Of a stretch of 18,580 bases of DNA, positions 7,264-15,502 are shown in pieces. The position numbers and the translations under genes were made by a program. The number at the start of each line of letters is the position of its first letter. The stretch's first letter is position 1. The stretch lies in the NCBI GenBank assembly GCA_026014495.1, contig JAOZIF010000152.1, positions 1-18,580 of the forward strand, read 5' to 3'. A model generated the notes under the pieces. It made no database searches. It saw only the letters and a list, made by a program, of their open reading frames with translations, and was not told the origin of the DNA. Source of the DNA: Candidatus Bathyarchaeum sp. GTDB taxonomy: Archaea; Thermoproteota; Bathyarchaeia; Bathyarchaeales; Bathyarchaeaceae.

Positions 7264-8523
7264 CTAACTTTGTATTATTCCATATCCTATAAGACGCCAT
7301 CGACTCGCAATCTTTCTGCTTATAGCTGCTCTGGCGCCATCTTCGGCGCAGATGGGTCTAACCAATTTGAGAGTAACAGTGTCTTTCTTTGTAGACGTAA
7401 CAGTTCCAAGCGTTATTGTTGTCCCAACATCAAGAAGCAAACGTTCACCCTTGATTATGTTGTCAACCTGCACAAGCTCTTTGGTTCCAATAGCCCGCTT
7501 CAAAAGTTTAGTGCCTAAAACAATTTCAGAGCGTGTTGGAGGAAGCAAATCAGGTTTTCCCATCATATTACCTGTAAGACCATCAGCCTTTGTTAATGAC
7601 GGGTCCAAATACGTCCCTATTCCAACCAGACCCCCGCTTTGTGCTTCTTTTACATCCTGTCCGCCAGCACTCAAACTTGTAATTTCAGTAAAAATTGATT
7701 CATACCGCGTTTTTCCTTGTTTGTCAACTTTCAGTCCAGGGCGGATCTCAATTTCATCCCCTACCTTGAATGTTCCTTGAAAAATGCTTCCACCAATGAC
7801 TCCGCCAGTTAGTTCATCAATTGTTGCTCCGGGCTTGTTTACGTCAAAAGAGCGGACAACAAACATTCTAGGTGGTTTGTTTGGGTCATGTTCAGGAGTG
7901 GGAATGTTATCTTGTATTGCTTGAAGAACTGCGTCAACGTTTACCATATGTTGAGCGGAAACAGGAATGATTGGCTTTCCTTCGGCTACGCTTCCTTTTA
8001 CAAAAGATTCTATTTCTTTGTAACTCTCTAGTGCCCGTTTTTCGTCAATAAGGTCAATTTTGTTTTGAACAATAATTATGTTTGTTACTCCAGCTAGTTC
8101 AATTGCTGCTAGATGTTCTCGTGTTTGTGGTTGTGGGCAATGTTCATTGGCGGCAATTATCAGCAACGCTCCATCCATAACTGTTGCTCCAGAAAGCATA
8201 GTAGCCATGAGCGCTTCGTGGCCTGGGGCGTCAACAAAACTGACTGCTCTGACAAATTCACATTTAGTTCCACAGTTAGGGCATTCAGGGTTTGAAGTGT
8301 AAGCTTGAGGAACTTCACAGTTTGGGCACTTAAAGATGGGCGCATCAGCGTAACCTAATTTTATGGTTATGCCTCGCCTTAGTTCCTCGCTGTGTTTTGC
8401 TGCCCAAACTCCAGTTATGGCTTCAACTAAAGTTGTTTTGCCGTGGTCTACATGACCTATGGTTCCTATGTTAACTTCTGGCTGTTTAGGAAGGGGTATA
8501 GGCTTTTTTGATTTGGATGACAT
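7264..8523 (-). CDS. eif2g: Translation initiation factor 2 gamma subunit
   Basis: QPEVNIGTIGHVDHGKTT, EELRRGITIKLGYAD, CPNC/CPNC Zn finger, DAPGHE, QNKID, RSFDVNKPG, RWRLIGYG. Confidence 0.98.
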   Translation of the reverse strand: MSSKSKKPIPLPKQPEVNIGTIGHVDHGKTTLVEAITGVWAAKHSEELRRGITIKLGYADAPIFKCPNCEVPQAYTSNPECPNCGTKCEFVRAVSFVDAPGHEALMATMLSGATVMDGALLIIAANEHCPQPQTREHLAAIELAGVTNIIIVQNKIDLIDEKRALESYKEIESFVKGSVAEGKPIIPVSAQHMVNVDAVLQAIQDNIPTPEHDPNKPPRMFVVRSFDVNKPGATIDELTGGVIGGSIFQGTFKVGDEIEIRPGLKVDKQGKTRYESIFTEITSLSAGGQDVKEAQSGGLVGIGTYLDPSLTKADGLTGNMMGKPDLLPPTRSEIVLGTKLLKRAIGTKELVQVDNIIKGERLLLDVGTTITLGTVTSTKKDTVTLKLVRPICAEDGARAAISRKIASRWRLIGYGIIQS

Positions 8524-8572
8524 TGTAATCTCCTAGAGTTAATGTAATGCTATGCAACTAGATTCTAAACAG

Positions 8573-8582
8573 TTTATATTAA
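8573..8582. promoter_or_regulatory. Bidirectional TATA-like element between eif2g (-) and the metallopeptidase (+)
   Basis: TTTATATTAA reads as a TATA box on both strands, about 45-50 nt from each start codon. Confidence 0.5.
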
Positions 8583-8625
8583 GCATTCTCCTAAAGACAT
8601 CAGCTAAGTTTAGGACCTGAGAAAA

Positions 8626-9018
8626 ATGCCCTTAAAGTACATAGAAGCCCCAGATGTCAAACTGTTGGCTGACGAAATTATTGAAAGATTAGATTTTTCG
8701 CATGTTGTATCTGAGTCTGTTTACTGCTACCGAAGTGTGGGCTCAAAATCTAGGCGCATAATTGCTCGAATTCACGGATTTGGAAAGATATGGCAGTTGG
8801 CGCTTAATCTTCCATCAGCTTACGTTATTGAGGTGCTTTCTGAACGTTACGACAAATTAAGCCAAGAAGACAAAGAAAAAACCGTAATTCACGAACTGAT
8901 GCATATTCCAAGAGGCTTTAAAGGCGGTTTTCGCCCTCACAAAGGATACGTCAGCAGGCAACAAGTAGAAAAAATGTACAAAGAATACAAAAAAAGAAAA
9001 CGTGCATCTTCAGGTTAG
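8626..9018 (+). CDS. Putative HEXXH zinc metallopeptidase (phage-metallopeptidase-like family)
   Basis: 130 aa; ARIHG..KIWQ.AL, YVIEV.SE.YD.LS, then VIHELMHIP zincin motif and G.FRPH. Confidence 0.85.
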   Translation: MPLKYIEAPDVKLLADEIIERLDFSHVVSESVYCYRSVGSKSRRIIARIHGFGKIWQLALNLPSAYVIEVLSERYDKLSQEDKEKTVIHELMHIPRGFKGGFRPHKGYVSRQQVEKMYKEYKKRKRASSG

Positions 9019-9037
9019 ACCCAAAGTTCACAGACTG

Positions 9038-9322
9038 TTACCTGTCGCAGATTGGGCAAATCAAATACGTGTACCCTTTCTGTTTGGCAATTTCTTCTGC
9101 TTTACTGTTAGCTTCACTGCGGTCTTTTGAGTACCAGAATTCTCCAGTGTTTGTTTGGTTTGCCTTTGTAGGTTTAACGCCTATTGAACTAATTGGGTCT
9201 GCTAACATGCAATCAATGGTGTGCAATTTGATTTCGTTTTTTGGGTAATCCACAGCAACTAGATAGCCGTCTTCTGTGTACAATTTAATTAATTGCTCGT
9301 CACTAACAATCTTAGTCAACAA
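9038..9322 (-). CDS. Small protein with Ada-type metal-binding motif (H-x3-C ... C-x2-C)
   Basis: KLHTIDC ... FWYSKDRSEA ... GY..LICPICDR resembles the stand-alone Ada Zn-binding pattern; SD GGGAG upstream of TTG9322. Confidence 0.65.
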   Translation of the reverse strand: MLTKIVSDEQLIKLYTEDGYLVAVDYPKNEIKLHTIDCMLADPISSIGVKPTKANQTNTGEFWYSKDRSEANSKAEEIAKQKGYTYLICPICDR

Positions 9323-9435
9323 CGATTAAACAACTCCCTTAACGTCTAAAAACAAGTCAACTACTAAAAAAGATATCCGTTCTTAGAACTTGTTGATATC
9401 CTGTAAGAGTTTACACTAACCCCATTTGGAGTGTG

Positions 9436-9453
9436 TTAGGCTTTGGAGCCTAA
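9436..9453. terminator. Perfect 7-bp hairpin downstream of rps6e
   Basis: TTAGGCT-TTGG-AGCCTAA, 24 nt beyond the rps6e stop codon. Confidence 0.45.
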
Positions 9454-9477
9454 ACCCGTAAAAACTTGGTTTGTAGT

Positions 9478-9891
9478 TTATTGAGCCGCTTCAGCGGGGG
9501 CGCTTTCTGCTGGCGCTTCTTTGGGCTTTTCTGCTTTTTTGCCCTTTGGTTTCTCAAGAACCTTCATGTTGACTTGAACAATCGAGTCTGTTATGACATT
9601 TCCGCGAAGTGTCTTTCTTTTTCGTTCTCCTTTTCGAGTTGGATGAAAGCCTACGCCCTCACTTAAGATGGCGCCAACACGGACTCCTCCATGGATGTTT
9701 GGTCTCATTGGGAAACCATCCTTATCAGACCCGCCAGTTATCTTTAGTTTATATCCAGACAACTTGACTGCTGCTCCGTCGATAACTTCTCCTAGTTTTC
9801 TGCCAATCAGGGGAACAGCTTGAGTTTCTTCCAATTCCAAAGACTGTGATGTTCCATCTGGGTCTGATACTATTACTTTGAATTTTGCCAT
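9478..9891 (-). CDS. rps6e: 30S ribosomal protein S6e
   Basis: FKVIVSDP.G, LIGRKLGEVIDG, LKITGGSDKDGFPMRP, G.RKRKTLRGNVI. Confidence 0.97.
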   Translation of the reverse strand: MAKFKVIVSDPDGTSQSLELEETQAVPLIGRKLGEVIDGAAVKLSGYKLKITGGSDKDGFPMRPNIHGGVRVGAILSEGVGFHPTRKGERKRKTLRGNVITDSIVQVNMKVLEKPKGKKAEKPKEAPAESAPAEAAQ

Positions 9892-10040
9892 AAGCGATTT
9901 TTACGCTCCTACCGATTTTCTCGTGACGTTAACAGAATGGGGAGTAGCTGTTTATTAAGGATTACCCAGTGGACACGCTAACAGGGCAATAAAAACTTGA
10001 ATTAGACATTACTGTTTTGTTGAGTTGAACCGCAGTTAAA

Positions 10041-11639
10041 CTAGAACGTGAAAATATCTAACAATTTTTCGATTACCATAAGTGGTATATTGAATATAGG
10101 AGAGAATGGACCCAAACCACTTAGCATCTCTCTTAGACTGTGAACATCTTTTTTGTTCACGGCTCTAATCAATGGCGCACAAACCAAATAAACCAGCAAG
10201 AAAATCACGCCGCCTATAATTAACTCGATGAAATATCCATAGTTAATCTGCGACAAAAGCAAATTAGTAACCACCGACGCAACCAATGAAGCTAAAAGAA
10301 TCTTGGCTGAAACTAGCCAATCTACTTTGGCGCCAAAATGCTTTTTTATGTGCCATAGTCCCCAAGTCATGCCTGGGGCTCCGGCAATCAAGTTTGCAAC
10401 TATCAAACCTACGACTTTAAACTGGGGAACAAGTATTAAACTAGCTACAACTCCTGTTCCTAAGGTAACAAGTGCCATCTTCATTGTGGTTTGTGTTTTG
10501 TTTTGTCCGTTTAGAATGTTTGCGATACTTAGATTTCCAACTGCTGCATACAGGTAGCTTATTGAATACAGTGTCAAAAAGAATGGTGCATCAGTGTATC
10601 CTGTGCCAACAATAGCGAAAACAAGAGGCTCAGACAAAACCATAACCATCAACGCTACTGGTAACGTAAGCAAGGCTCCATACTTAACAGAAGACTGGAA
10701 CATCACTCTAAGTGTTTCCTTGTCTGTTTCTGCTTTAATCTTTGAAAAAGCTGGAAACAGCACTGTAGTTATTGGCACCGTAAAAAATGTTATCACAACC
10801 GTGAAATTAACTGCTGCTTGGTAGTTGCCTTGAGCTGCTAAGTAAATATTAGGGTCTACGTAACTTTGGCTTAGCAGTGTACTGTAAAACTGCGGCAAGA
10901 AACCACTTATTAATGCTGAAATCGAGAGCGGCAAACCATATTTTAGCATGGTTTTTAGAGTTTTGATTAGGTCACTTTTGTTTATTGATTGTACATTAGA
11001 CTTGCTAAGAAATTTGATGTAAAAAACTATGAGCCCTACAATTCCCGCGATAGTTTGGGCTATAATTTGTCCTTGTAAAGCACCTAAAACGCCAAACCCC
11101 AGCAGTACAAGAAGAGGCGCAAGGATGCATCGCATACACGAGTTTAACACCAAAGTCAAGCTGTGAAATTCCAGTCTTTCTAAGCCAATAAACGTGGACT
11201 GGGCAATCTTAAGAAAAGAATCAGCGATGATTGTTAGTGAAGCAAGCTCTATTAACATCTTTGCTTCAGGCACATTAAAGACGTTTGTTGCAAAGAAATC
11301 TGCCATAAAAAAGCACAATAATGTTAGTAGAACTCCTGTGACTAACTCAAAAAGCATTCCTGCAACCATGACGTTTTTGATTTTGGCTTTCTTGTTTTCA
11401 CCCTTGTATTGCGCTAGGTATTTTACCATAGCCGAGTTTATTCCCCAATCTTTGAACAAAGCCAGCATAGTAGGAAAAATTAGCGCAGTTGTAATTAGAC
11501 CATAATCGTCTGGATTACCCAGCAACCGCAATACAATAATTAGACTTAACGCTGTGATGACACTGGAAATACTTACTCCTATGAAAAGCTTGAAACCGCC
11601 CCTTGCCGAAGTTTTTCCCACTCCAGTTGCCGTATCCAA
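10041..11639 (-). CDS. Oligosaccharide flippase (Wzx/MOP family); start revised to TTG11639
   Basis: Many TM helices; SARGGFKLF..., RLLG.PDDYG, GIN.AMVKYLA, LKYGLPL, LFPAFS. The first 29 codons of the 11726 ORF do not look like family sequence. Confidence 0.9.
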   Translation of the reverse strand: MDTATGVGKTSARGGFKLFIGVSISSVITALSLIIVLRLLGNPDDYGLITTALIFPTMLALFKDWGINSAMVKYLAQYKGENKKAKIKNVMVAGMLFELVTGVLLTLLCFFMADFFATNVFNVPEAKMLIELASLTIIADSFLKIAQSTFIGLERLEFHSLTLVLNSCMRCILAPLLVLLGFGVLGALQGQIIAQTIAGIVGLIVFYIKFLSKSNVQSINKSDLIKTLKTMLKYGLPLSISALISGFLPQFYSTLLSQSYVDPNIYLAAQGNYQAAVNFTVVITFFTVPITTVLFPAFSKIKAETDKETLRVMFQSSVKYGALLTLPVALMVMVLSEPLVFAIVGTGYTDAPFFLTLYSISYLYAAVGNLSIANILNGQNKTQTTMKMALVTLGTGVVASLILVPQFKVVGLIVANLIAGAPGMTWGLWHIKKHFGAKVDWLVSAKILLASLVASVVTNLLLSQINYGYFIELIIGGVIFLLVYLVCAPLIRAVNKKDVHSLREMLSGLGPFSPIFNIPLMVIEKLLDIFTF

Positions 11640-11766
11640 AAAAGCCCTTGCTCCATTGTTGTACCTTGTATAGTTTAATCCAATGAACTTGTTCATTTTA
11701 AGATTGATGGAATTACAGGTAATCACAAAAAACTAACAATATCCAGATAACTGCCCTTTGCCTTAA

Positions 11767-12465
11767 ATGTGTGCAAAAAAATTGGAAAACCTCAAATACC
11801 GCCAGAAATGCTCAGTACATGTTCCTCTTTGGAGGTTCCAAGAAATGCCTAGCGCCACACTCCGAGCCTCACGAACTCCAATGATTCAGTATTTGTTAGC
11901 GGGAGAACTGCAAACTGAAATCCCCGATTTAGACATCAATGGCTCGGAACGAAAACTTTTAGACTTTGCTTATCACGACCTAGAAAACTGCTTAACTGAA
12001 AAAATGGAAGCCGCAACATTTGATGCAATCGAAGAAGCATTAAATGATGAATCTCGTCAAGATGAAATTAAGTCATTTCTGAAAATCTGGACAAAACAAT
12101 GGCTGGAAAAATGGAGAGAACGCGTTACATTCTGCCAAAAGATGCCTAGATTCTCTTTAGAACACGTTAAAATTAAAAGGAAAGCCATGACGATTTTCAA
12201 ACGGATGGAAAACGGGCAGGAACTAAAAAAACTAGTTGTGCAGAAACTGATTAACAACGGCGAAGTCTGCATGGCTGAGCTAATAGCGGAGACTCTGATA
12301 ATTGAGGAGATAGCAGTTCGACTGCGAATGAACAAGGGAAAAGATGATGCTGACAAGACTAGTTTAGACCCGTGGGATATCCTCCAAGAAGTGTTGCCTC
12401 GAGTAAGACAGTTAACAGAACGAAAAACGCCCCTCATTCACCTGAAGCTCTTGACTGACGTTTAA
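11767..12465 (+). CDS. Hypothetical all-helical protein (true start may be a later ATG, about 11845 or 11881)
   Basis: Long ORF with protein-like composition, filling the gap between the divergent flippase and convergent korB; no family recognised. Confidence 0.7.
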   Translation: MCAKKLENLKYRQKCSVHVPLWRFQEMPSATLRASRTPMIQYLLAGELQTEIPDLDINGSERKLLDFAYHDLENCLTEKMEAATFDAIEEALNDESRQDEIKSFLKIWTKQWLEKWRERVTFCQKMPRFSLEHVKIKRKAMTIFKRMENGQELKKLVVQKLINNGEVCMAELIAETLIIEEIAVRLRMNKGKDDADKTSLDPWDILQEVLPRVRQLTERKTPLIHLKLLTDV

Positions 12466-12484
12466 TCAAAGGCTCTGGATTTGT

Positions 12485-12511
12485 ACAAGCCATCAAAAAA
12501 GTGTGGCTTGT
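12485..12511. terminator. 8-bp inverted repeat between convergent genes
   Basis: ACAAGCCA (12485-12492) and TGGCTTGT (12504-12511), between the stops at 12465 and 12511. Confidence 0.45.
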
Positions 12512-13368
12512 TATGTCATTTCTTTCATGGTTGATTTTATATCCACGTTTTTCGAGGGAAATTTTGTAAGGTTTTCACCCTTTAGATGCTCAAGATTGTC
12601 GTGGTATGTGGGGCGCTCTTTGTTGTAAAATACACCAATGGGTAAGCGGTCTCCCCATTCCAGCGCCTTCTCAAGCGCCTTTTTCTGGTCAGTTACGTCG
12701 TGATTCTCTTCTTCTAGCTTGTATACTCGTTGGCGGAACCAATCGTAAGTGTTTAGATAATTGAAGCTAACACAGGGCTGAAACACATCAATAAACGCAA
12801 AGCCCCTGTGCTGTATTGCCTGCACAATCAAGCTCTTCAAATGCAACATGTCACCCGAAAAGCCCCTCGCAACAAAGGTGCCGTTACTAACTAAAGCATG
12901 AGCCAACGGGTTTAACATGGGTGGTATGACCCCAAACGGAGTTGACTTCGATTTAAATCCCTGTTGACTGGTAGATGTTGCCTGACCCGTAGTTAAGCCC
13001 AAAACCATGTTATCATGCACAATTAATGTCATGTCTATGTTTAGTCTTACAGCGTGAGCAAAGTGTCCCCAGCCCTCGTTGTACTGGTCTGCGTCTCCTG
13101 CAAAGCCAACCACAGTCAAGTTAGGATTCGCAAGTTTGATTCCTTGTGCTAAAGGTAAGGCTCTGCCGTGGATGCCGTGAAACCCGTTTATGTTAACATA
13201 ATTTACCATTTTGCCGTGACAGCCTATTCCTGACACAAGCACGGAATCTTCTCTTTTTAGCCCCAATTCTATCAGCGCTTTTTTGAATGCCATCAAGATT
13301 CCAAAGTTTCCACATCCAGGACACCAAGTGTTCGTTTTTGGCGTCTTCAAATCATCTAGACCTACCAA
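12511..13368 (-). CDS. korB: 2-oxoacid:ferredoxin oxidoreductase beta subunit (TPP-binding); substrate not determinable
   Basis: WCPGCGNFGI, VSGIGC, HGRALP.AQG.KLANP, GLT.GQ, QPCVSFN; TTG start abuts the alpha-subunit stop. Confidence 0.92.
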   Translation of the reverse strand: MVGLDDLKTPKTNTWCPGCGNFGILMAFKKALIELGLKREDSVLVSGIGCHGKMVNYVNINGFHGIHGRALPLAQGIKLANPNLTVVGFAGDADQYNEGWGHFAHAVRLNIDMTLIVHDNMVLGLTTGQATSTSQQGFKSKSTPFGVIPPMLNPLAHALVSNGTFVARGFSGDMLHLKSLIVQAIQHRGFAFIDVFQPCVSFNYLNTYDWFRQRVYKLEEENHDVTDQKKALEKALEWGDRLPIGVFYNKERPTYHDNLEHLKGENLTKFPSKNVDIKSTMKEMT

Positions 13369-15114
13369 TTAGAGCACCTCCTGTATGCTTCGCGCAAGAG
13401 CTTCTGGATTAAACGGTCTACCGTCATACTTCAAAATTTTAAAATCAACTGATGTAAGAAGCTGTTCTTGTATTATGCTGGACAGCTGAGATGTCTTGTT
13501 GTTTTCTACCACAATCGTCTTTTTGGCTAACTGCAGTATGTCCCGAACCTTACTGACTGGAAACGGACAAAGATACAATATCTGTAAATAATTAACTTTG
13601 ACGCCTTGTTTGCTAAGAACATTCATGGCTTCCAGTATTGGACCCTTTGTTGAACCCCATCCAATAACCGTTGCAGTTGCCTCTTTTGGGCCATAAAACT
13701 TCACCGTCTCATAGCCTTCGAGCTCCCTAGTTAATGCATCAAGTTTCTTGAAGCGCTTATCAGCCATTTTAGTGGACAACACAGGGTCCTCGGTTGTGTA
13801 TCCAAGTTCATTGTGCTCGTCTGCGTTTGTTCGAACTATTGCTCCTGTTGTTCCAGGCAGAGCTCTGGCCGAGATTCCATTTTCTGTGAACTTGTGTCGC
13901 ATGTAATCTTCTTTTCCTGTGTATTTGTTTTCGGTTACAAGTTGTCCACGGTCAATTCTTGTTTTGTTCTGGTCAAAAGGCTCAGTTGTTCCATTACTCT
14001 CTGCTAAATATTTGTCCGAAATGACTATTGCGGGAATCTGAAATTTTTCTGCCAGATTAAACGCTTCGACAGTATTGTAGAAGCATTCTTCAACGTTTCC
14101 GGGAGCGATTACAACTCTTGGAAATTCTCCTTGAGATGCATGTATGGCAAATCTAAGGTCCCCCTGTCCGGTGTACGTGGGAAGTCCTGTGCTTGGTCCG
14201 GGTCGTTGCACTAAAACTATGACGGGCGATGTTTCGCTCATGCCTATCATGCCCAGTGCTTCGGTCATCAGGCAAAATCCGCCTCCCGATGTGGCAGTCA
14301 TTGCTCTTGCTCCAGCATATGACGCACCTGCAACCATGTTTATTGCCGCTATCTCGCTTTCGGTTTGGATTACAAGCATCTTGTATTCCCTATCTAGGGG
14401 TGCAAGAAAATGAAGGATAGACGTGGCTGGCGTCATGGGATACGCTGCATAGAATTTACATCCTGCATTGAGGGCGCCTAAGGCTATTGCCTCGTTTCCG
14501 GCTACAAAAATTCTGTTTTTTCCTTCTGACCCTGTTTTCTTGAGTTTATATTCAAAATCGTTCCTGTAATTTTCTTTGGCGTAACTGTATCCTTGTTTTG
14601 CGGCTTCTATGTTTAGCTCAGCAACTTTTGGTTTGAATGTGTCGCGTAATACTTGGTTTAAAATTTCTGGGTCATAATCTAGCAACGCGTTTGCTGCGCC
14701 TAAGGCAACAGTGTTCTCCATGATTGATGGTCCATCCAGCTCCTTGACTATCTTTCTTAGCGGCACATGATACTGGTTTATGTCATCTCTTCCAAGTTCT
14801 TCTTTAGTTACCGTGATTTGGTCTTGGTCGTAGATTACTCCAGCACCTGAGACAAGCTCGTCCTTATGTAAAAGTATGGTTTGTTTGTCTAGGGCTACAA
14901 GAAGTTCAACTTTGTCTGCTTGGCAGTAAACCTTTTGGTCGCAGACTGTGACTGTGTAAAAATTGTGGCCTCCCCTTATGAGGGATTGGTAATCGTTGGC
15001 ACCAAAAACGTAGAGTCCTCCACGCAGGCATGCTTTGGCGAAAAGAAAACCTGAACGACTTATTCCTGCTCCTGCCTCTCCGCCAACCATCAAAGAAAGC
15101 TTGTTAACTGTCAT
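13369..15114 (-). CDS. korA: 2-oxoacid:ferredoxin oxidoreductase alpha subunit (fused gamma+alpha)
   Basis: GGEAGAGI, DYQSLIRGGHN, GNEAIALGA, YPMTPA, QTESEIAAI, ATSGGGF.LM.E, RPGPSTGLPT, KYDGRPF. Confidence 0.94.
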   Translation of the reverse strand: MTVNKLSLMVGGEAGAGISRSGFLFAKACLRGGLYVFGANDYQSLIRGGHNFYTVTVCDQKVYCQADKVELLVALDKQTILLHKDELVSGAGVIYDQDQITVTKEELGRDDINQYHVPLRKIVKELDGPSIMENTVALGAANALLDYDPEILNQVLRDTFKPKVAELNIEAAKQGYSYAKENYRNDFEYKLKKTGSEGKNRIFVAGNEAIALGALNAGCKFYAAYPMTPATSILHFLAPLDREYKMLVIQTESEIAAINMVAGASYAGARAMTATSGGGFCLMTEALGMIGMSETSPVIVLVQRPGPSTGLPTYTGQGDLRFAIHASQGEFPRVVIAPGNVEECFYNTVEAFNLAEKFQIPAIVISDKYLAESNGTTEPFDQNKTRIDRGQLVTENKYTGKEDYMRHKFTENGISARALPGTTGAIVRTNADEHNELGYTTEDPVLSTKMADKRFKKLDALTRELEGYETVKFYGPKEATATVIGWGSTKGPILEAMNVLSKQGVKVNYLQILYLCPFPVSKVRDILQLAKKTIVVENNKTSQLSSIIQEQLLTSVDFKILKYDGRPFNPEALARSIQEVL

Positions 15115-15132
15115 CTAAGCTCACACCCGAGT

Positions 15133-15390
15133 TTAGACTATTTTCTCGTTTGTTTTCAAATTAATTATGTGAATAGCATTAAATGGGCACGCTTCAGCAG
15201 CTTTCTTGTGGCAATCAAGCTCGTCTAGGTCTACGGCTTCTCCATTAGCGACCTTTTTTGCGCCTTCAACATGAGACTTTGCGTCCACATCAGAAAGGTC
15301 AAACTTGGAGCATAACTCAACACATGCCCCAAACCCCTGACAAACAGTGTAATCTATTATCACTCGAAATTTAGCCATAAAATCCACCAT
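15133..15390 (-). CDS. Single-cluster ferredoxin, probably [3Fe-4S]
   Basis: C17-Q-G-F20-G-A-C23-x3-C27 ... C60 ... C68-P; first gene of the oxidoreductase operon. Confidence 0.88.
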   Translation of the reverse strand: MVDFMAKFRVIIDYTVCQGFGACVELCSKFDLSDVDAKSHVEGAKKVANGEAVDLDELDCHKKAAEACPFNAIHIINLKTNEKIV

Positions 15391-15502
15391 ATAACATTCT
15401 GATTTTTAGGCTATATCATTTACTATATTACGCGATTGTTGCCTTTTTTTGTAACCTTTAAGTGTATTTTCCCATTTTATATCTAAATGAGAGGCTTCTG
15501 CT

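Noticed and set aside
11640-11726. N-terminal extension of the flippase in the ORF track
   Set aside because: The 29 extra residues look non-coding; family-like sequence begins at TTG11639.
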